Assembly: GCA_964434115.1 (NCBI GenBank) | Contig: CAYSSX010000002.1 | Location: 201,680 to 265,679, forward strand | Direction: 5' to 3' | Length of the DNA: 64,000 nucleotides | DNA from: an uncultured bacterium | Lineage (GTDB): Bacteria > Omnitrophota > Omnitrophia > Omnitrophales > Aquincolibacteriaceae | Shown here: positions 8,948 through 19,064 of the stretch, one piece after another | Position numbering within the stretch: position 1 is the stretch's first letter | How the letters are laid out: the number at the start of each line of letters is the position of its first letter | Program-made: the position numbers and the translations under genes | The notes under the pieces: generated by a model | Seen by the model: the letters and a program-made list of their open reading frames with translations, nothing else | Database searches by the model: none | What the model was told of the DNA's origin: nothing

Positions 8948-10885
8948 ATGAAACTGCACCGTCTTAAGGCCGGCGAAGCATATGACCGCGATGGCCTCGA
9001 GGAACTTCTTCAAAGTTTAAATTATCAAAAAATTGATTTTGTCACAAAGCCCGGTGAGTTTGCTGTTCGCGGCGCTCTTGTGGACATCTATCCTTTTACT
9101 TACCGCTCGCCTGTGCGCCTTGAGTTTCGCGTTGAAACGCTGGCCTCCATCCGGGATTTTTCTCCTCTCGACGGCAAAACGCAAAGTCATTATGACGAAG
9201 TTTACCTAGTGCCGCTTACGGGCACGATCAAAGAAAAAATATCCCGCGCGCGCGAACGCTTCCAGTCTTATGAACCGTTAACGGATTATAAAGATCTTGA
9301 GGCGGGTGATTTTGTTGTCCATTACGAGTATGGCATTGGCCGTTTTTTAGGCACCAAAAACATTCAAACATCAGGCGCAAAGAAACGGCATCTTGCAATC
9401 GAGTATGCGGATCGCGAAATTCTTTATGTGGACCCTCAGGATCCGGTTGAACGGTATATCGGAGGCGAGGGCGCATCGCCGCGGCTTACGCGTCTTAACA
9501 CCAAGGATTGGGAAAAGGCCAAAGAAAAAACACGCCTTGCAGTCCGCTCTGTTGCAAGAGATATGCTCGAGCTTCAGGCAAAACGAAGCCTTCGCCAAGG
9601 AACCCGGTTTCCCAAGGATGTGCCTTGGCAGAAAGAGTTTGAAGCGGAGTTCCCGTTCCAGGAAACACCGGATCAGCTCCAGGCGATCTCGGAGGTGAAA
9701 GAGGATATGGAAAGCGAGCATCCCATGGACCGGTTGATCTGTGGAGATGTTGGGTACGGTAAGACAGAAGTTGCTATGAGGGCATGCTTTAAGGCTGTTA
9801 TGGGAGGGAAGCAGGTGGCAGTTCTTGTTCCCACAACGGTCCTCGCCGAACAGCATTATCTGGTTCTTAAAAAGAGGGTTAAAAGCTTCCCTGTGACCGT
9901 GGATGTTTTATCGCGTTTTCGATCGAAGAAAGAACAAGCCTCGGCCGTCCAATCCATGAAAGAGGGCAAGACAGATATTGTTATTGGAACTCATCGGCTT
10001 CTTTCAAAGGATATTTTTTTTAAGGATCTTGGATTGGTGATTATTGACGAAGAGCAGCGTTTTGGTGTCCGGCATAAGGAAAAATTAAAGCATCTTCGTT
10101 ACTCTGTTGAGGTACTTTCTTTAACCGCAACGCCCATACCTAGAACATTGTACATGTCTCTGATGGGGGTTCGTGACATGTCGATTATCAACACCCCGCC
10201 CAAAAATCGCCTGGCTGTGGAGACGCATGTTTTGGAGTACGATGAGAAAAAGGTTAAGGAAGCCATCGAGCGGGAACTTGCACGCGGCGGACAAGTTTAC
10301 TTTGTTCACAACCGTGTACAGTCTATCGAACTCATCAAAGAACACCTGCAAGAGCTTTTGCCGCATGTTTGTTTCGGTGTTGCGCATGGACAGATGCAGG
10401 CCGATGCTTTGGAGTCAGTGATGCAGGACTTTATGGAAAAGAGAATTGACTGTCTTGTGGCCACAAGCATTATTGAATCAGGGATTGATATCCCGAACGC
10501 GAATACTTTAATTGTGAATAGGGCCGATCAGTTTGGTCTCGCTGACCTTTACCAGCTTCGCGGAAGAGTGGGGCGTTTCCAGGAAAAACGGCAGGCTTAT
10601 GCTTATTTTCTTGTGCCCAAGAACTGGGTTCTCTCCGGAGATGCCGAGAAGAGGTTGACCGCAATAGAACGTTTTACCGAGCTCGGGTCGGGTTTTAAGA
10701 TTGCGCTTGAGGACCTAAGTATCCGTGGCGCCGGAAATCTTCTTGGGCATGAGCAGAGCGGATTTATTCATGCCGTGGGATTTGATCTTTACTGCAGAAT
10801 GCTGCGTAAAGCCGTAGAGGAGCAAAAGGCTGAAGTGACAAAGGAAGCCGCGAAAGCCTCCCTTGAAAAAACGGGGAAGCTGTGA
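8948..10885 (+). CDS. mfd: Mfd-like transcription-repair coupling helicase, short form (645 aa)
   Basis: CarD/TRCF RNAP-interacting motif DFVVHYEYGIGRFLG followed by SF2 helicase motifs (GDVGYGKTEVA, DEEQRFG, QLRGRVGR); lacks the N-terminal UvrB-homology modules and the long C-terminal D7 of canonical Mfd. Confidence 0.8.
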   Translation: MKLHRLKAGEAYDRDGLEELLQSLNYQKIDFVTKPGEFAVRGALVDIYPFTYRSPVRLEFRVETLASIRDFSPLDGKTQSHYDEVYLVPLTGTIKEKISRARERFQSYEPLTDYKDLEAGDFVVHYEYGIGRFLGTKNIQTSGAKKRHLAIEYADREILYVDPQDPVERYIGGEGASPRLTRLNTKDWEKAKEKTRLAVRSVARDMLELQAKRSLRQGTRFPKDVPWQKEFEAEFPFQETPDQLQAISEVKEDMESEHPMDRLICGDVGYGKTEVAMRACFKAVMGGKQVAVLVPTTVLAEQHYLVLKKRVKSFPVTVDVLSRFRSKKEQASAVQSMKEGKTDIVIGTHRLLSKDIFFKDLGLVIIDEEQRFGVRHKEKLKHLRYSVEVLSLTATPIPRTLYMSLMGVRDMSIINTPPKNRLAVETHVLEYDEKKVKEAIERELARGGQVYFVHNRVQSIELIKEHLQELLPHVCFGVAHGQMQADALESVMQDFMEKRIDCLVATSIIESGIDIPNANTLIVNRADQFGLADLYQLRGRVGRFQEKRQAYAYFLVPKNWVLSGDAEKRLTAIERFTELGSGFKIALEDLSIRGAGNLLGHEQSGFIHAVGFDLYCRMLRKAVEEQKAEVTKEAAKASLEKTGKL

Positions 10886-10898
10886 TAAAAGTCGAGCC

Positions 10899-11870
10899 AT
10901 GAAAAAACGTTCCCTTGTCCTGTTTTGCCTATCTCTCGTAATGGTTCTTCCATCGGCTTCGGCTAAGAAGGAACTGCTTGATCAGGTCATTGCCGTTGTC
11001 AATGACGAGCCCATTACTCAGAGCGAATTGGATGTCCTGCTTCGGCCTGTGTATGATCAATTCCGGGAAGAGTACCGCGGAGAAGAGCTGGTTGTAAAAC
11101 TCAATGAAGCCCGCCAAAAACTGCTCAATCAGCTGATTGAAGACAGGCTTGTTTATCAGGAAGCTGTGCGGCAAAAAATTGAAACCAATCAGGCTGAAAT
11201 TGACAAAGCTGTTGATGAGTTTAAAAAGCGTTTCCCCAACGAGGACACCATGGACGAAGTTCTGAGGGATCAGGGGCTGTCCCTCTCCGATCTTAAGGAC
11301 CGGTTTCGCAAACAGTCCATGATCCGCCAGCTCCACAACATTGAGATTCGTTCTAAGGTGGTTGTTTCCCCAAAAGAGATTGAAGAGTATTACGAAAAAA
11401 ACCCGGATAAATTTTCGAGCCGGGAACGTTTAAAAATCCGTTCGATCACGGTCAAGAAAAGTTATGATGCCCGTGAAAAAGGACTGACGGACGAAGAGGC
11501 CAAGAAAAAGGTCACTGGTATCCGTGATAAAATTTTAGCAGGTGAGGATTTCGCTTCGCTTGCAAAACAGTTTTCCGAAGATGTTCATGCCCCGCAGGGA
11601 GGCCTTAGTGACTGGGTTGATCGCGGTTCCATGATTCCGGTCATTAATGATGTGATTTTCAGCCTGAAACTCGGCGAGATTTCAGATATTCTCGAAACCC
11701 CCATGGGGTACCATCTTTTTCGCGTTGAAGAACGTGAGCAGGGTTCCAAGAAAACGGTAGAAGAAGTTCATGACCAAATTTTTGACGAGCTCTTCCGGCA
11801 GAAAACAGAAGAGCGTTTTTATGATTGGATGCAGGAACTCAAGAAAAACGCCTACATCTCAATCCGCTGA
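10899..11870 (+). CDS. surA: periplasmic chaperone / parvulin-type peptidyl-prolyl isomerase, SurA-like (single PPIase domain)
   Basis: Signal peptide MKKRSLVLFCLSLVMVLPSASA; SurA N-domain and PpiC motif GYHLFRVEERE; followed by pdxA-ksgA as in E. coli. Start chosen at second Met (10899) to avoid overlap with mfd. Confidence 0.75.
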   Translation: MKKRSLVLFCLSLVMVLPSASAKKELLDQVIAVVNDEPITQSELDVLLRPVYDQFREEYRGEELVVKLNEARQKLLNQLIEDRLVYQEAVRQKIETNQAEIDKAVDEFKKRFPNEDTMDEVLRDQGLSLSDLKDRFRKQSMIRQLHNIEIRSKVVVSPKEIEEYYEKNPDKFSSRERLKIRSITVKKSYDAREKGLTDEEAKKKVTGIRDKILAGEDFASLAKQFSEDVHAPQGGLSDWVDRGSMIPVINDVIFSLKLGEISDILETPMGYHLFRVEEREQGSKKTVEEVHDQIFDELFRQKTEERFYDWMQELKKNAYISIR

Positions 11871-11873
11871 GCT

Positions 11874-12905
11874 GTGTATCCCATGACGCGGCCTGTTTTA
11901 GCTTTAACGATGGGAGATCCCGGGGGGATCGGCCCTGAAGTTCTAGTGAAAGCCCTTCTTGAATCCGGCATTCCCAAGAGATGTACGGTCGTCCTCGTTG
12001 GCGTAAAGCCGGTCTTTCAAGCTCTCCCATCGCGTCTCTTCTCAAAACTTCGTTACCACGAAATCCCTTCTTTTGATCAGGTGCATCATCAAGGGGATCG
12101 TGTTTGCTTTCTCGACTGCACGGAGACTTTAAAGGAACTAGCAGCGACTCAAAAAATTCGGCTGTCTGCGGATTCGCTTTTTCAGACAGGACGAATTTCA
12201 AAAATGAATGCACTCGGGGCATGGGTCTCTCTTGAAGCTGCTGTTAATGCGGCTGTTTCTGGACAGGTGCAAGGGGTCGTTACTGCGCCTGTGAATAAGA
12301 CGGCCATGAGGCTGTTGAAACCTGGGTTTCATGGCCATACCGAATATTTGGCCGCCAAGGCCGGAGTCCGGCATTTTGCCATGATGTTTGTGGGGCCAAA
12401 ACTGAAGGTAACGCTGGCCACGGTTCATGTAGCGCTCAAAGAGGTAAGCCGTTGTTTGAGCAAAGCAGGCATTGTGCAAAAGATTCTTCTGACGGATGAG
12501 TTTCTGCGCAAGCGTATGAAAATTAAACAGCCCCGTATTGCCGTTTGCGCGCTGAACCCGCATGGTGAGGAAACAGGATCAGAAGAAAATACAACGATTA
12601 AGCCCGCAGTTCTGGCCGCGTGTAAACTCGGGGTCAAAGCCTCCGGCCCTTTTTCTGCAGACCAGCTTTTTTATGAAGCTCACGAGGGACATTACGACGC
12701 CGTGATCAGTATGTACCACGATCAGGCTCTGGCGCCCTTTAAAATGATTTCCTTTCACGACGGAGTAAATGTGACATTGGGCCTTCCGTTTGTGCGCACA
12801 TCCCCGGATCATGGAACCGCCTTTGATATAGCTTACCGCAATAAAGCCCAGAGTGCTTCTATGGCCGCTTCTATTCGCCTTGCGGCCCAACTCGTTCAGT
12901 CCTAA
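11874..12905 (+). CDS. pdxA: 4-hydroxythreonine-4-phosphate dehydrogenase
   Basis: MGDPGGIGPEV, HGHTEYLA, metal-binding His motifs; surA-pdxA-ksgA synteny. Confidence 0.88.
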   Translation: MYPMTRPVLALTMGDPGGIGPEVLVKALLESGIPKRCTVVLVGVKPVFQALPSRLFSKLRYHEIPSFDQVHHQGDRVCFLDCTETLKELAATQKIRLSADSLFQTGRISKMNALGAWVSLEAAVNAAVSGQVQGVVTAPVNKTAMRLLKPGFHGHTEYLAAKAGVRHFAMMFVGPKLKVTLATVHVALKEVSRCLSKAGIVQKILLTDEFLRKRMKIKQPRIAVCALNPHGEETGSEENTTIKPAVLAACKLGVKASGPFSADQLFYEAHEGHYDAVISMYHDQALAPFKMISFHDGVNVTLGLPFVRTSPDHGTAFDIAYRNKAQSASMAASIRLAAQLVQS

Positions 12906-13753
12906 TGAAAACCCAAATAGAACTGCTTAAGGAACTTAAGATTCCGATCCGCGGACATCTTGGGCAGCACCTTCTGATTGACCGCAACGTTCAAAAAAAA
13001 ATAGTCGGACTTCTCGATTTTGAATCAGAATCGCGGTTTCTTGAAATTGGCCCCGGTCTTGGAGCTTTGACTGGGCATATTTTGGAACATGGTGTCCGGT
13101 TGACCGTTGTGGAGAAAGACCCGAGGCTTGCTGAAGCACTCACGACCATTTTTTCAGAAGCCTTGGGCAAAGGGCGGCTGAAGATTGAACTGGCAGATGT
13201 TTTGGACGTGAATTTTGAAGCACTGCTTGAACAGCCAAAGCAGCGGACCTGCCAAGTGATCAGTAATCTTCCCTATTACATTACAGGACCGATCCTGGCA
13301 AAAATTCTCCCCTTGAAGATATTTAAAAAAGCTGTCTTTATGATGCAGCAGGAAGTCGCAGAGCGTATTTTTGCGAAGCCCGGGACACGGGAGTATGGAC
13401 GCCTTAGCCTTTTGGTCCGGTTCTACGCGGACGCTCAACCCGCTTTTGATGTTTCCCCCGGTTGCTTTACACCGCCCCCGGAAGTGAATTCGAGCGTTGT
13501 TGTTTTCAAATTTCATGACCACCTTGAAGCCGAAGGCGTGGAGGAGAAGCTTCTCCTCGATCTGGTCAAAGCGGCTTTTAGCCACCGCCGGAAAAAACTT
13601 GCTTCGAGCCTAAGCCAAAGCCGGTTTCAGGGATTGTCCCGGGAAGCCTGGCTGGAGAGATTTAAACAGGCCGGTATTCCGCCGGATGTGAGGCCGGAAG
13701 ATGTGAGGCCGGAAGATTATGTGGCGCTCGCCAAGGCCATTTCCCGGTCCTGA
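12905..13753 (+). CDS. rsmA: 16S rRNA (adenine1518/1519-N6)-dimethyltransferase
   Basis: LGQHLLIDRNV, SAM motif EIGPGLGALT, NLPYYIT. Confidence 0.92.
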   Translation: MKTQIELLKELKIPIRGHLGQHLLIDRNVQKKIVGLLDFESESRFLEIGPGLGALTGHILEHGVRLTVVEKDPRLAEALTTIFSEALGKGRLKIELADVLDVNFEALLEQPKQRTCQVISNLPYYITGPILAKILPLKIFKKAVFMMQQEVAERIFAKPGTREYGRLSLLVRFYADAQPAFDVSPGCFTPPPEVNSSVVVFKFHDHLEAEGVEEKLLLDLVKAAFSHRRKKLASSLSQSRFQGLSREAWLERFKQAGIPPDVRPEDVRPEDYVALAKAISRS

Positions 13754-13830
13754 GGCGCATCCTGCCTGAATTGACAGACCCCGGCCCCCATGTTAACATC
13801 CGATGCTTTTTTCTCCCAAGGAGTCCACGC

Positions 13831-14112
13831 ATGAGCTTTCAGATCGAAAAAGTGGCCGAACTGGCCCGTATCCGGTTAAAACCTGAAGAAAAGAAAAAGT
13901 TAGAGGCTGATCTCGGCGCCATTCTCGGCTATGTCGATCAGCTGAAGCGTGTCGACACGTCCAAGGTTCAGGAAACAAGCCATGTGCTTGATCTCACCAA
14001 TGTTTTCCGCAAGGACGAAGTGAAACCTTCCACTGTCCGGGATGATGTTTTAGCGGCCGCTCCTGACCGCGATGGAAAATTTTTCCGAGTTCCTAAAACC
14101 GTGGATCGCTAA
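13831..14112 (+). CDS. gatC: Glu/Asp-tRNA amidotransferase subunit C
   Basis: ~94 aa, RBS AAGGAG 8 nt upstream; start set at internal Met of track ORF; immediately precedes gatA-gatB. Confidence 0.85.
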   Translation: MSFQIEKVAELARIRLKPEEKKKLEADLGAILGYVDQLKRVDTSKVQETSHVLDLTNVFRKDEVKPSTVRDDVLAAAPDRDGKFFRVPKTVDR

Positions 14113-14116
14113 AACC

Positions 14117-15544
14117 ATGCAGCCCTACGAACTTAGTCTCAAGGAAGCTCAACAGTTCGCAGCCAAGGAAGGCCCTGAAGCCCTTCGCGGCAGCCTTTTA
14201 GACAGGATTGAGAAACTCAATCCAAAACTCAATGCGCTTGTCCGCTTTGATGCGAAGCGTTTTAAAAAGGGCCCTTCCGGAAATCCGAAAGGATCCCTGT
14301 CGCTTGCCCCTGTTGCCATTAAAGACAATATTTGTATTCAAGGGGAAGAAACAACCTGTGCATCCAAAATCCTTCGCGGGAACATTCCTCCTTATAATGC
14401 TACGGTCATTGAAAAGCTCAAAGCAGCAGGGGCTGAAATTTTCGGCCAATGCAATATGGATGAATTCGCGTTTGGTTCTTCCTGTGAAACCTCCTCTTAT
14501 GGGGTGGTTCGCAACCCTTGGGATTTGGAAAGGGTTCCGGGCGGCTCCAGCGGTGGTTCTGCAGCGGCTGTTGCAGCGGGGCTTGTCCCAGCCGCGCTTG
14601 GTTCTGACACCGGCGGTTCGATTCGTCAGCCCGCGGCTTTTTGCGGGGTGGTTGGGTTGAAGCCCACGTATGGGCGTGTTTCACGCTATGGCCTTATCGC
14701 GTTTGGTTCGAGTTTTGATCAGATTGGTCCGATTACAAAGACCGTTGAAGACACAGCCCTTCTTATGAACGTTTTGGCCGGACATGATGAACGTGATTCA
14801 ACGTCCGCCCGCGAAGACGTTCCTGATTATACGCGGTCTCTTCGTCATGATGTGAAAGGCCTGCGTATAGGATTGCCGGAAGAATACTTTGGAGAAGGTC
14901 TGGATCCTGAAGTTGGAAAGAGTGTTCGGGCTGCTGCGGATACTTTAAAAAAACTTGGCGCTGAAATCAAAACCGTGAAGCTTCCGCACACGCCCCATGC
15001 GGTGGCCGTTTACTATATTGTGGCTGTTGCGGAAGCGAGTTCCAATTTGGGGCGTTTTGACGGTGTACGCTTTGGAACGCGCGTCCATGCGGATGCCCTT
15101 AAAGACATGTATCAGAACACGCGCGAAGAAGGCTTTGGCGCGGAGGCCAAACGGCGTATTCTTCTCGGGACCTTTGTTCTTTCCGCGGGCTATTATGATG
15201 CCTATTACCGGCAGGGCCAAAAGGTCCGGACCCTTATCCGGGAAGATTTTTCAAAAGCCTGGGAATCGGTGGATGTCCTGCTTTCACCGACCGCTCCCAC
15301 ACCGCCTTTTAAAATCGGAGAAAAGCTTTCCGATCCGCTTGCCATGTATTTGTCCGACATTATGACGATTCCCGCCAACCTGGCGGGCATTCCAGCACTG
15401 TCATTGCCTTGCGGGTTTACTACCGCAGGTCTACCCATCGGATTGCAGCTCATGGGCCGGCCTTTTGATGAGGAAACCCTGATTCGCGCGGCCTATACCT
15501 TGGAACAGGAAATTGAAGTCTATAAAAAACGGCCCGGGATTTAA
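14117..15544 (+). CDS. gatA: Glu/Asp-tRNA amidotransferase subunit A (amidase)
   Basis: Amidase signature [14 protein letters not shown] and Ser-cisSer-Lys triad region; start ATG at 14117, 5 nt after gatC stop. Confidence 0.92.
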   Translation: MQPYELSLKEAQQFAAKEGPEALRGSLLDRIEKLNPKLNALVRFDAKRFKKGPSGNPKGSLSLAPVAIKDNICIQGEETTCASKILRGNIPPYNATVIEKLKAAGAEIFGQCNMDEFAFGSSCETSSYGVVRNPWDLERVPGGSSGGSAAAVAAGLVPAALGSDTGGSIRQPAAFCGVVGLKPTYGRVSRYGLIAFGSSFDQIGPITKTVEDTALLMNVLAGHDERDSTSAREDVPDYTRSLRHDVKGLRIGLPEEYFGEGLDPEVGKSVRAAADTLKKLGAEIKTVKLPHTPHAVAVYYIVAVAEASSNLGRFDGVRFGTRVHADALKDMYQNTREEGFGAEAKRRILLGTFVLSAGYYDAYYRQGQKVRTLIREDFSKAWESVDVLLSPTAPTPPFKIGEKLSDPLAMYLSDIMTIPANLAGIPALSLPCGFTTAGLPIGLQLMGRPFDEETLIRAAYTLEQEIEVYKKRPGI

Positions 15545-15547
15545 CAC

Positions 15548-17005
15548 ATGAGTCTGACAAACGAATACGAATCCGTGATCGGCCTGGAGGTCCACACCCA
15601 GCTTGACACCCGGTCGAAAATTTTCTGCGCCTGCTCAACCGAGTTTGGGTCTGAGCCCAATAAGAACACCTGCCCCGTATGCCTGGGGCTTCCGGGCTCG
15701 CTTCCTGTTTTGAATGAGCAAGTGCTTCGCTTTGGAATCAAGGTGGGCCTCGCGCTGAACTGCAAGATTTCCCGAAAACTGAAATTCGACCGTAAAAATT
15801 ATTTCTATCCCGACCTGCCTAAGGCTTATCAAATTTCCCAGTTTGACATGCCCGTGAATGGAGCTGGATGGCTTGTAATCGAAACCAAAACCGAGGACGG
15901 CCGGTGGACGGAAAAGAAAATCGGGATCCATCGCGCGCATCTTGAAGAGGATGCCGGAAAGCTTTTGCACGAGGGGGTAGAAGGCGCAAGCCTTGTGGAT
16001 TTCAATCGTGCGGGGGTCCCGCTTCTTGAGATCGTCTCTGAACCAGATCTTCGTTCAGCTGAAGAAGCGTATGCTTATCTGACCTCACTCAAGGCAATTC
16101 TGCAGTATCTTGAAGTGAGCGACTGCAACATGGAGGAAGGCAGCCTGCGGTGTGATGCGAATGTTTCGATTCGCAGGAAAGGCGCAACCGCGCTGGGCAC
16201 CAAAACTGAAATTAAAAACCTCAATTCGTTTAAGAATGTTCAAAAATCCATTCAGTATGAAATTGCCCGGCAAATTGACCTTGTTGAAAGCGGCGGACGG
16301 GTTGTGCAGGAAACACGTCTTTGGAATGATGATAAGGGGCAGACCTTTACGATGCGTTCCAAAGAAGAGGCCCATGATTACCGGTATTTCCCGGAGCCGG
16401 ACCTTGTGCCTTTTACCATCTCAGAAGAGACTATTCAGGAAATAGAAAAAACTCTGCCTGAACTTCCCGCGGCGCGTGCGGAACGCTTCCGTAAAAATCT
16501 TGGACTAGGGGAGTATGATGCGGCCACTTTAGTTGAAAACCGCAAGCTGGCAGATTATTTTGAAGCCTGTCTTCGCGCCAACTCTAACGCCAAAATGGTC
16601 AGTAACTGGATCCAATCCGAGCTTTTGGCTTTATTGAATCTCCACAAAGTCGAGATTCAGGATTCTCCGGTGAAGCCTGGTGATCTTGGAGCGCTTGTCA
16701 GTCTGATTGAAAAGGAAACCATCAGCGGTAAAATCGCCAAGGATGTTCTTCCCCTCATGTATGAAACCGGAAAGAGCGCGGAAGAAATCGTGAAGGAAAA
16801 AGGCCTGGTCCAGGTTACGGACACGAAGGCTATTGAAGATATTGCTGAAAAAATTCTTCAGGCAAATCCTCAGTCTGTCAGTGATTACCGCGCGGGAAAA
16901 AAGCAGGCGCTTGGCTTTCTTGTGGGCCAGATGATGAAAGCTTCCCAGGGCAAGGTCAATCCCAAGCTTGCCAACGAAATCCTGACCCAGAAAATCGGGG
17001 CTTGA
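15548..17005 (+). CDS. gatB: Glu/Asp-tRNA amidotransferase subunit B
   Basis: N-terminus [21 protein letters not shown] typical of GatB; 485 aa. Confidence 0.93.
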   Translation: MSLTNEYESVIGLEVHTQLDTRSKIFCACSTEFGSEPNKNTCPVCLGLPGSLPVLNEQVLRFGIKVGLALNCKISRKLKFDRKNYFYPDLPKAYQISQFDMPVNGAGWLVIETKTEDGRWTEKKIGIHRAHLEEDAGKLLHEGVEGASLVDFNRAGVPLLEIVSEPDLRSAEEAYAYLTSLKAILQYLEVSDCNMEEGSLRCDANVSIRRKGATALGTKTEIKNLNSFKNVQKSIQYEIARQIDLVESGGRVVQETRLWNDDKGQTFTMRSKEEAHDYRYFPEPDLVPFTISEETIQEIEKTLPELPAARAERFRKNLGLGEYDAATLVENRKLADYFEACLRANSNAKMVSNWIQSELLALLNLHKVEIQDSPVKPGDLGALVSLIEKETISGKIAKDVLPLMYETGKSAEEIVKEKGLVQVTDTKAIEDIAEKILQANPQSVSDYRAGKKQALGFLVGQMMKASQGKVNPKLANEILTQKIGA

Positions 17006-17021
17006 TCCCGTTTCTTCCCTT

Positions 17022-18023
17022 ATGCTCACGCTAGGCATCGAAACTTCCTGCGACGAAACTTCCTGCGCGGTTCTTCTGGGCCGCAATACGATTAAATCCA
17101 ACATCGTGTCTTCCAGTCTTTTTCAGCACCAGCCTTTTGGCGGCGTTGTCCCTGAGATTGCTTCTCGTCACTGTCTTGAGCAGATTGATGTTGTGTATGA
17201 ACAGGCCTTAAAAAAAGCAGGCGTTAAAACACGCGACATTGACCTTATTGCCGTGACTCGAGGGCCGGGTTTAATTGGCTCCCTTCTGGTTGGGATTTGT
17301 TTTGGCAAAACTCTGAGCTATCAATTGGGGGTTCCTCTTGTCGGGGTCAACCACCTCGAAGCTCATCTTGCCGCGAATTTTATTGGGCAAGAAGAGCCGG
17401 AGCGCTATCTGGGTCTTTTAGTGTCCGGGGGGCATACCAGTGTTTCCCTTCATGAAAAGGGTCAAATGAAATTTCTCGGCGAAACCATGGATGATGCTTG
17501 CGGAGAAGCCTACGACAAAGTTGCCAAGCTTCTTGGCTTAGGATATCCAGGAGGGCCTGTCCTTGACCGTCTTGCGCAAGAAGGTAATCCCAAGGCTTTT
17601 TCTTTCACGAAGCCCAAACTCGAAAAGCCATACGATTTCAGTTTTAGCGGTGTTAAAACAGCGGTTCTTTATTTAGTCCGGAAGCAAAGCGTTATTTCTC
17701 CAGATTTTCAGAGAGATATGGCGGCGAGTTTCCAAAAGGCCGCCGTTGGCTGGCTGGTGGATGCTGTGCTCCAGGCGGCGGAAACTTGGCAGGTTCAATC
17801 TATTGCGGTTGGCGGTGGTGTGAGTGCCAATTCGGAGTTAAGACGGCAACTGACGGAAAAAGCGGCAGCCCATGGCCTCCGAGTCATGTTTCCCCCCATG
17901 GCGCTAACGGGGGATAATGGGGCTATGATCGCCCGCCGAGGGCTTGATCTCTTCCGAGCAGGGGTTAGAGACAGCTCAAAAATGACCGGGGACCCGGGTT
18001 TAAGGCCTGCGGCCGCTTGTTGA
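17022..18023 (+). CDS. tsaD: tRNA N6-adenosine threonylcarbamoyltransferase
   Basis: LGIETSCDETSCA N-terminus (Kae1/TsaD motif), HLEAH metal-binding motif. Confidence 0.92.
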   Translation: MLTLGIETSCDETSCAVLLGRNTIKSNIVSSSLFQHQPFGGVVPEIASRHCLEQIDVVYEQALKKAGVKTRDIDLIAVTRGPGLIGSLLVGICFGKTLSYQLGVPLVGVNHLEAHLAANFIGQEEPERYLGLLVSGGHTSVSLHEKGQMKFLGETMDDACGEAYDKVAKLLGLGYPGGPVLDRLAQEGNPKAFSFTKPKLEKPYDFSFSGVKTAVLYLVRKQSVISPDFQRDMAASFQKAAVGWLVDAVLQAAETWQVQSIAVGGGVSANSELRRQLTEKAAAHGLRVMFPPMALTGDNGAMIARRGLDLFRAGVRDSSKMTGDPGLRPAAAC

Positions 18024-18049
18024 CACGTCCTAGTGAAACCGTTACAATC
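18021..18049 (+). promoter_or_regulatory. near-consensus sigma70-type promoter (TTGACA-17-TACAAT) for hisG, embedded in 3' end of tsaD
   Basis: ttgacaCGTCCTAGTGAAACCGTtacaat read directly; 9 nt upstream of the hisG ATG at 18059. Confidence 0.6.
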
Positions 18050-18058
18050 CGCACTCCT

Positions 18059-18931
18059 ATGAAAAAGCTCAAGATCGCTCTTCCTAAAGGCAGCCTCGAA
18101 GAAGCTACGTTTCGTCTCTTCAATAAGGCGGGGTTTAAAATTAATGTGAGTTCCCGTTCTTACTTCCCATCCGTGGATGACGAAGAACTTGAAGTGGTCC
18201 TGTTCCGCCCTCAAGAAATGCCCCGATATATTGAAGATGGTGTTGTCGACTGCGGCTTGACCGGGTTTGACTGGATTTGTGAAAATGAGGCTAAAGTGGT
18301 GGAGCTTTGTGAGCTCCAGTACTCCAAACGTACTAAAAACCCTATTCGGTGGGTGCTTTGTGTCCACAACGATTCCCCATTCAAAAAAGTGAAGGATCTC
18401 CAAGGGAAGAAAATTTCCACGGAACTTGTGAATGTGACTCGCAAGTATCTGAAAAAGAACAAGGTTAATGCCGAAGTCGAGTTTTCCTGGGGTGCCACAG
18501 AAGTGAAGCCTCCCCGTCTAGCGGATGCCATTGTCGAAGCAACAGAGACAGGTTCAAGCCTTCGCGCCAATAACCTTCGCATTATTGATACTCTTTTGAC
18601 ATCGGTTCCAAAATTTATTGCGAATAAGGCGAGCTGCAAGGACGAATGGAAACGCAAGAAGATGGACAACATTGTGATGCTTCTTGAGGGTGCCATTCGC
18701 GCGGAAGAAAAAGTGGGCCTTAAAATGAATGTCAGCGAAAAACATTTGGCGGATATTCTGAAAATTTTGCCGGCACTTAAGAAACCGACGATTTCTACCT
18801 TGTCGGCAGAAGGCTGGTATGATGTTGATACGATTATTGATGAAGCCATTGTCCGTGAAATGATCCCTGCGCTTAAGAAAGCCGGCGCTTCAGGAATCAT
18901 CGAATACCCATTGAATAAAGTGATTCCCTGA
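18059..18931 (+). CDS. hisG: ATP phosphoribosyltransferase (long form with C-terminal regulatory domain)
   Basis: MKKLKIALPKGSLEE...CGLTGFDWICEN canonical HisG; start taken at internal Met at 18059 (track ORF starts 18017 inside tsaD). Confidence 0.88.
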   Translation: MKKLKIALPKGSLEEATFRLFNKAGFKINVSSRSYFPSVDDEELEVVLFRPQEMPRYIEDGVVDCGLTGFDWICENEAKVVELCELQYSKRTKNPIRWVLCVHNDSPFKKVKDLQGKKISTELVNVTRKYLKKNKVNAEVEFSWGATEVKPPRLADAIVEATETGSSLRANNLRIIDTLLTSVPKFIANKASCKDEWKRKKMDNIVMLLEGAIRAEEKVGLKMNVSEKHLADILKILPALKKPTISTLSAEGWYDVDTIIDEAIVREMIPALKKAGASGIIEYPLNKVIP

Positions 18932-18965
18932 GGGGAATAGTTAACAAGAACAAGGAGAAGGTGTA

Positions 18966-19064
18966 ATGCCCTGGGCACGTAAGCAGCGCAAAAAGAAGAT
19001 GAATAAGCATAAGCGGAAGAAGAAGCTGAGAAAGCACCGCCACAAGAAAAAGGCCTGGTCCTAA
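18966..19064 (+). CDS. small highly basic protein, bS22-like (AURKAIP1-type) ribosomal protein candidate
   Basis: 32-aa ORF MPWARKQRKKKMNKHKRKKKLRKHRHKKKAWS with AAGGAGAAGG RBS; resembles actinobacterial/bacteroidetal bS22 consensus ...[20 protein letters not shown]...; below ORF-track cutoff. Confidence 0.5.
   Translation: MPWARKQRKKKMNKHKRKKKLRKHRHKKKAWS

Noticed and set aside
17039-17067. Apparent 15-bp tandem repeat (CGAAACTTCCTGCG x2) at the tsaD 5' end
   Set aside because: It encodes ETSCDETSCA, which is simply the conserved Kae1/TsaD N-terminal motif (GIETSCDDT..A). The DNA repeat reflects an intrinsically repetitive motif, not a duplication event.
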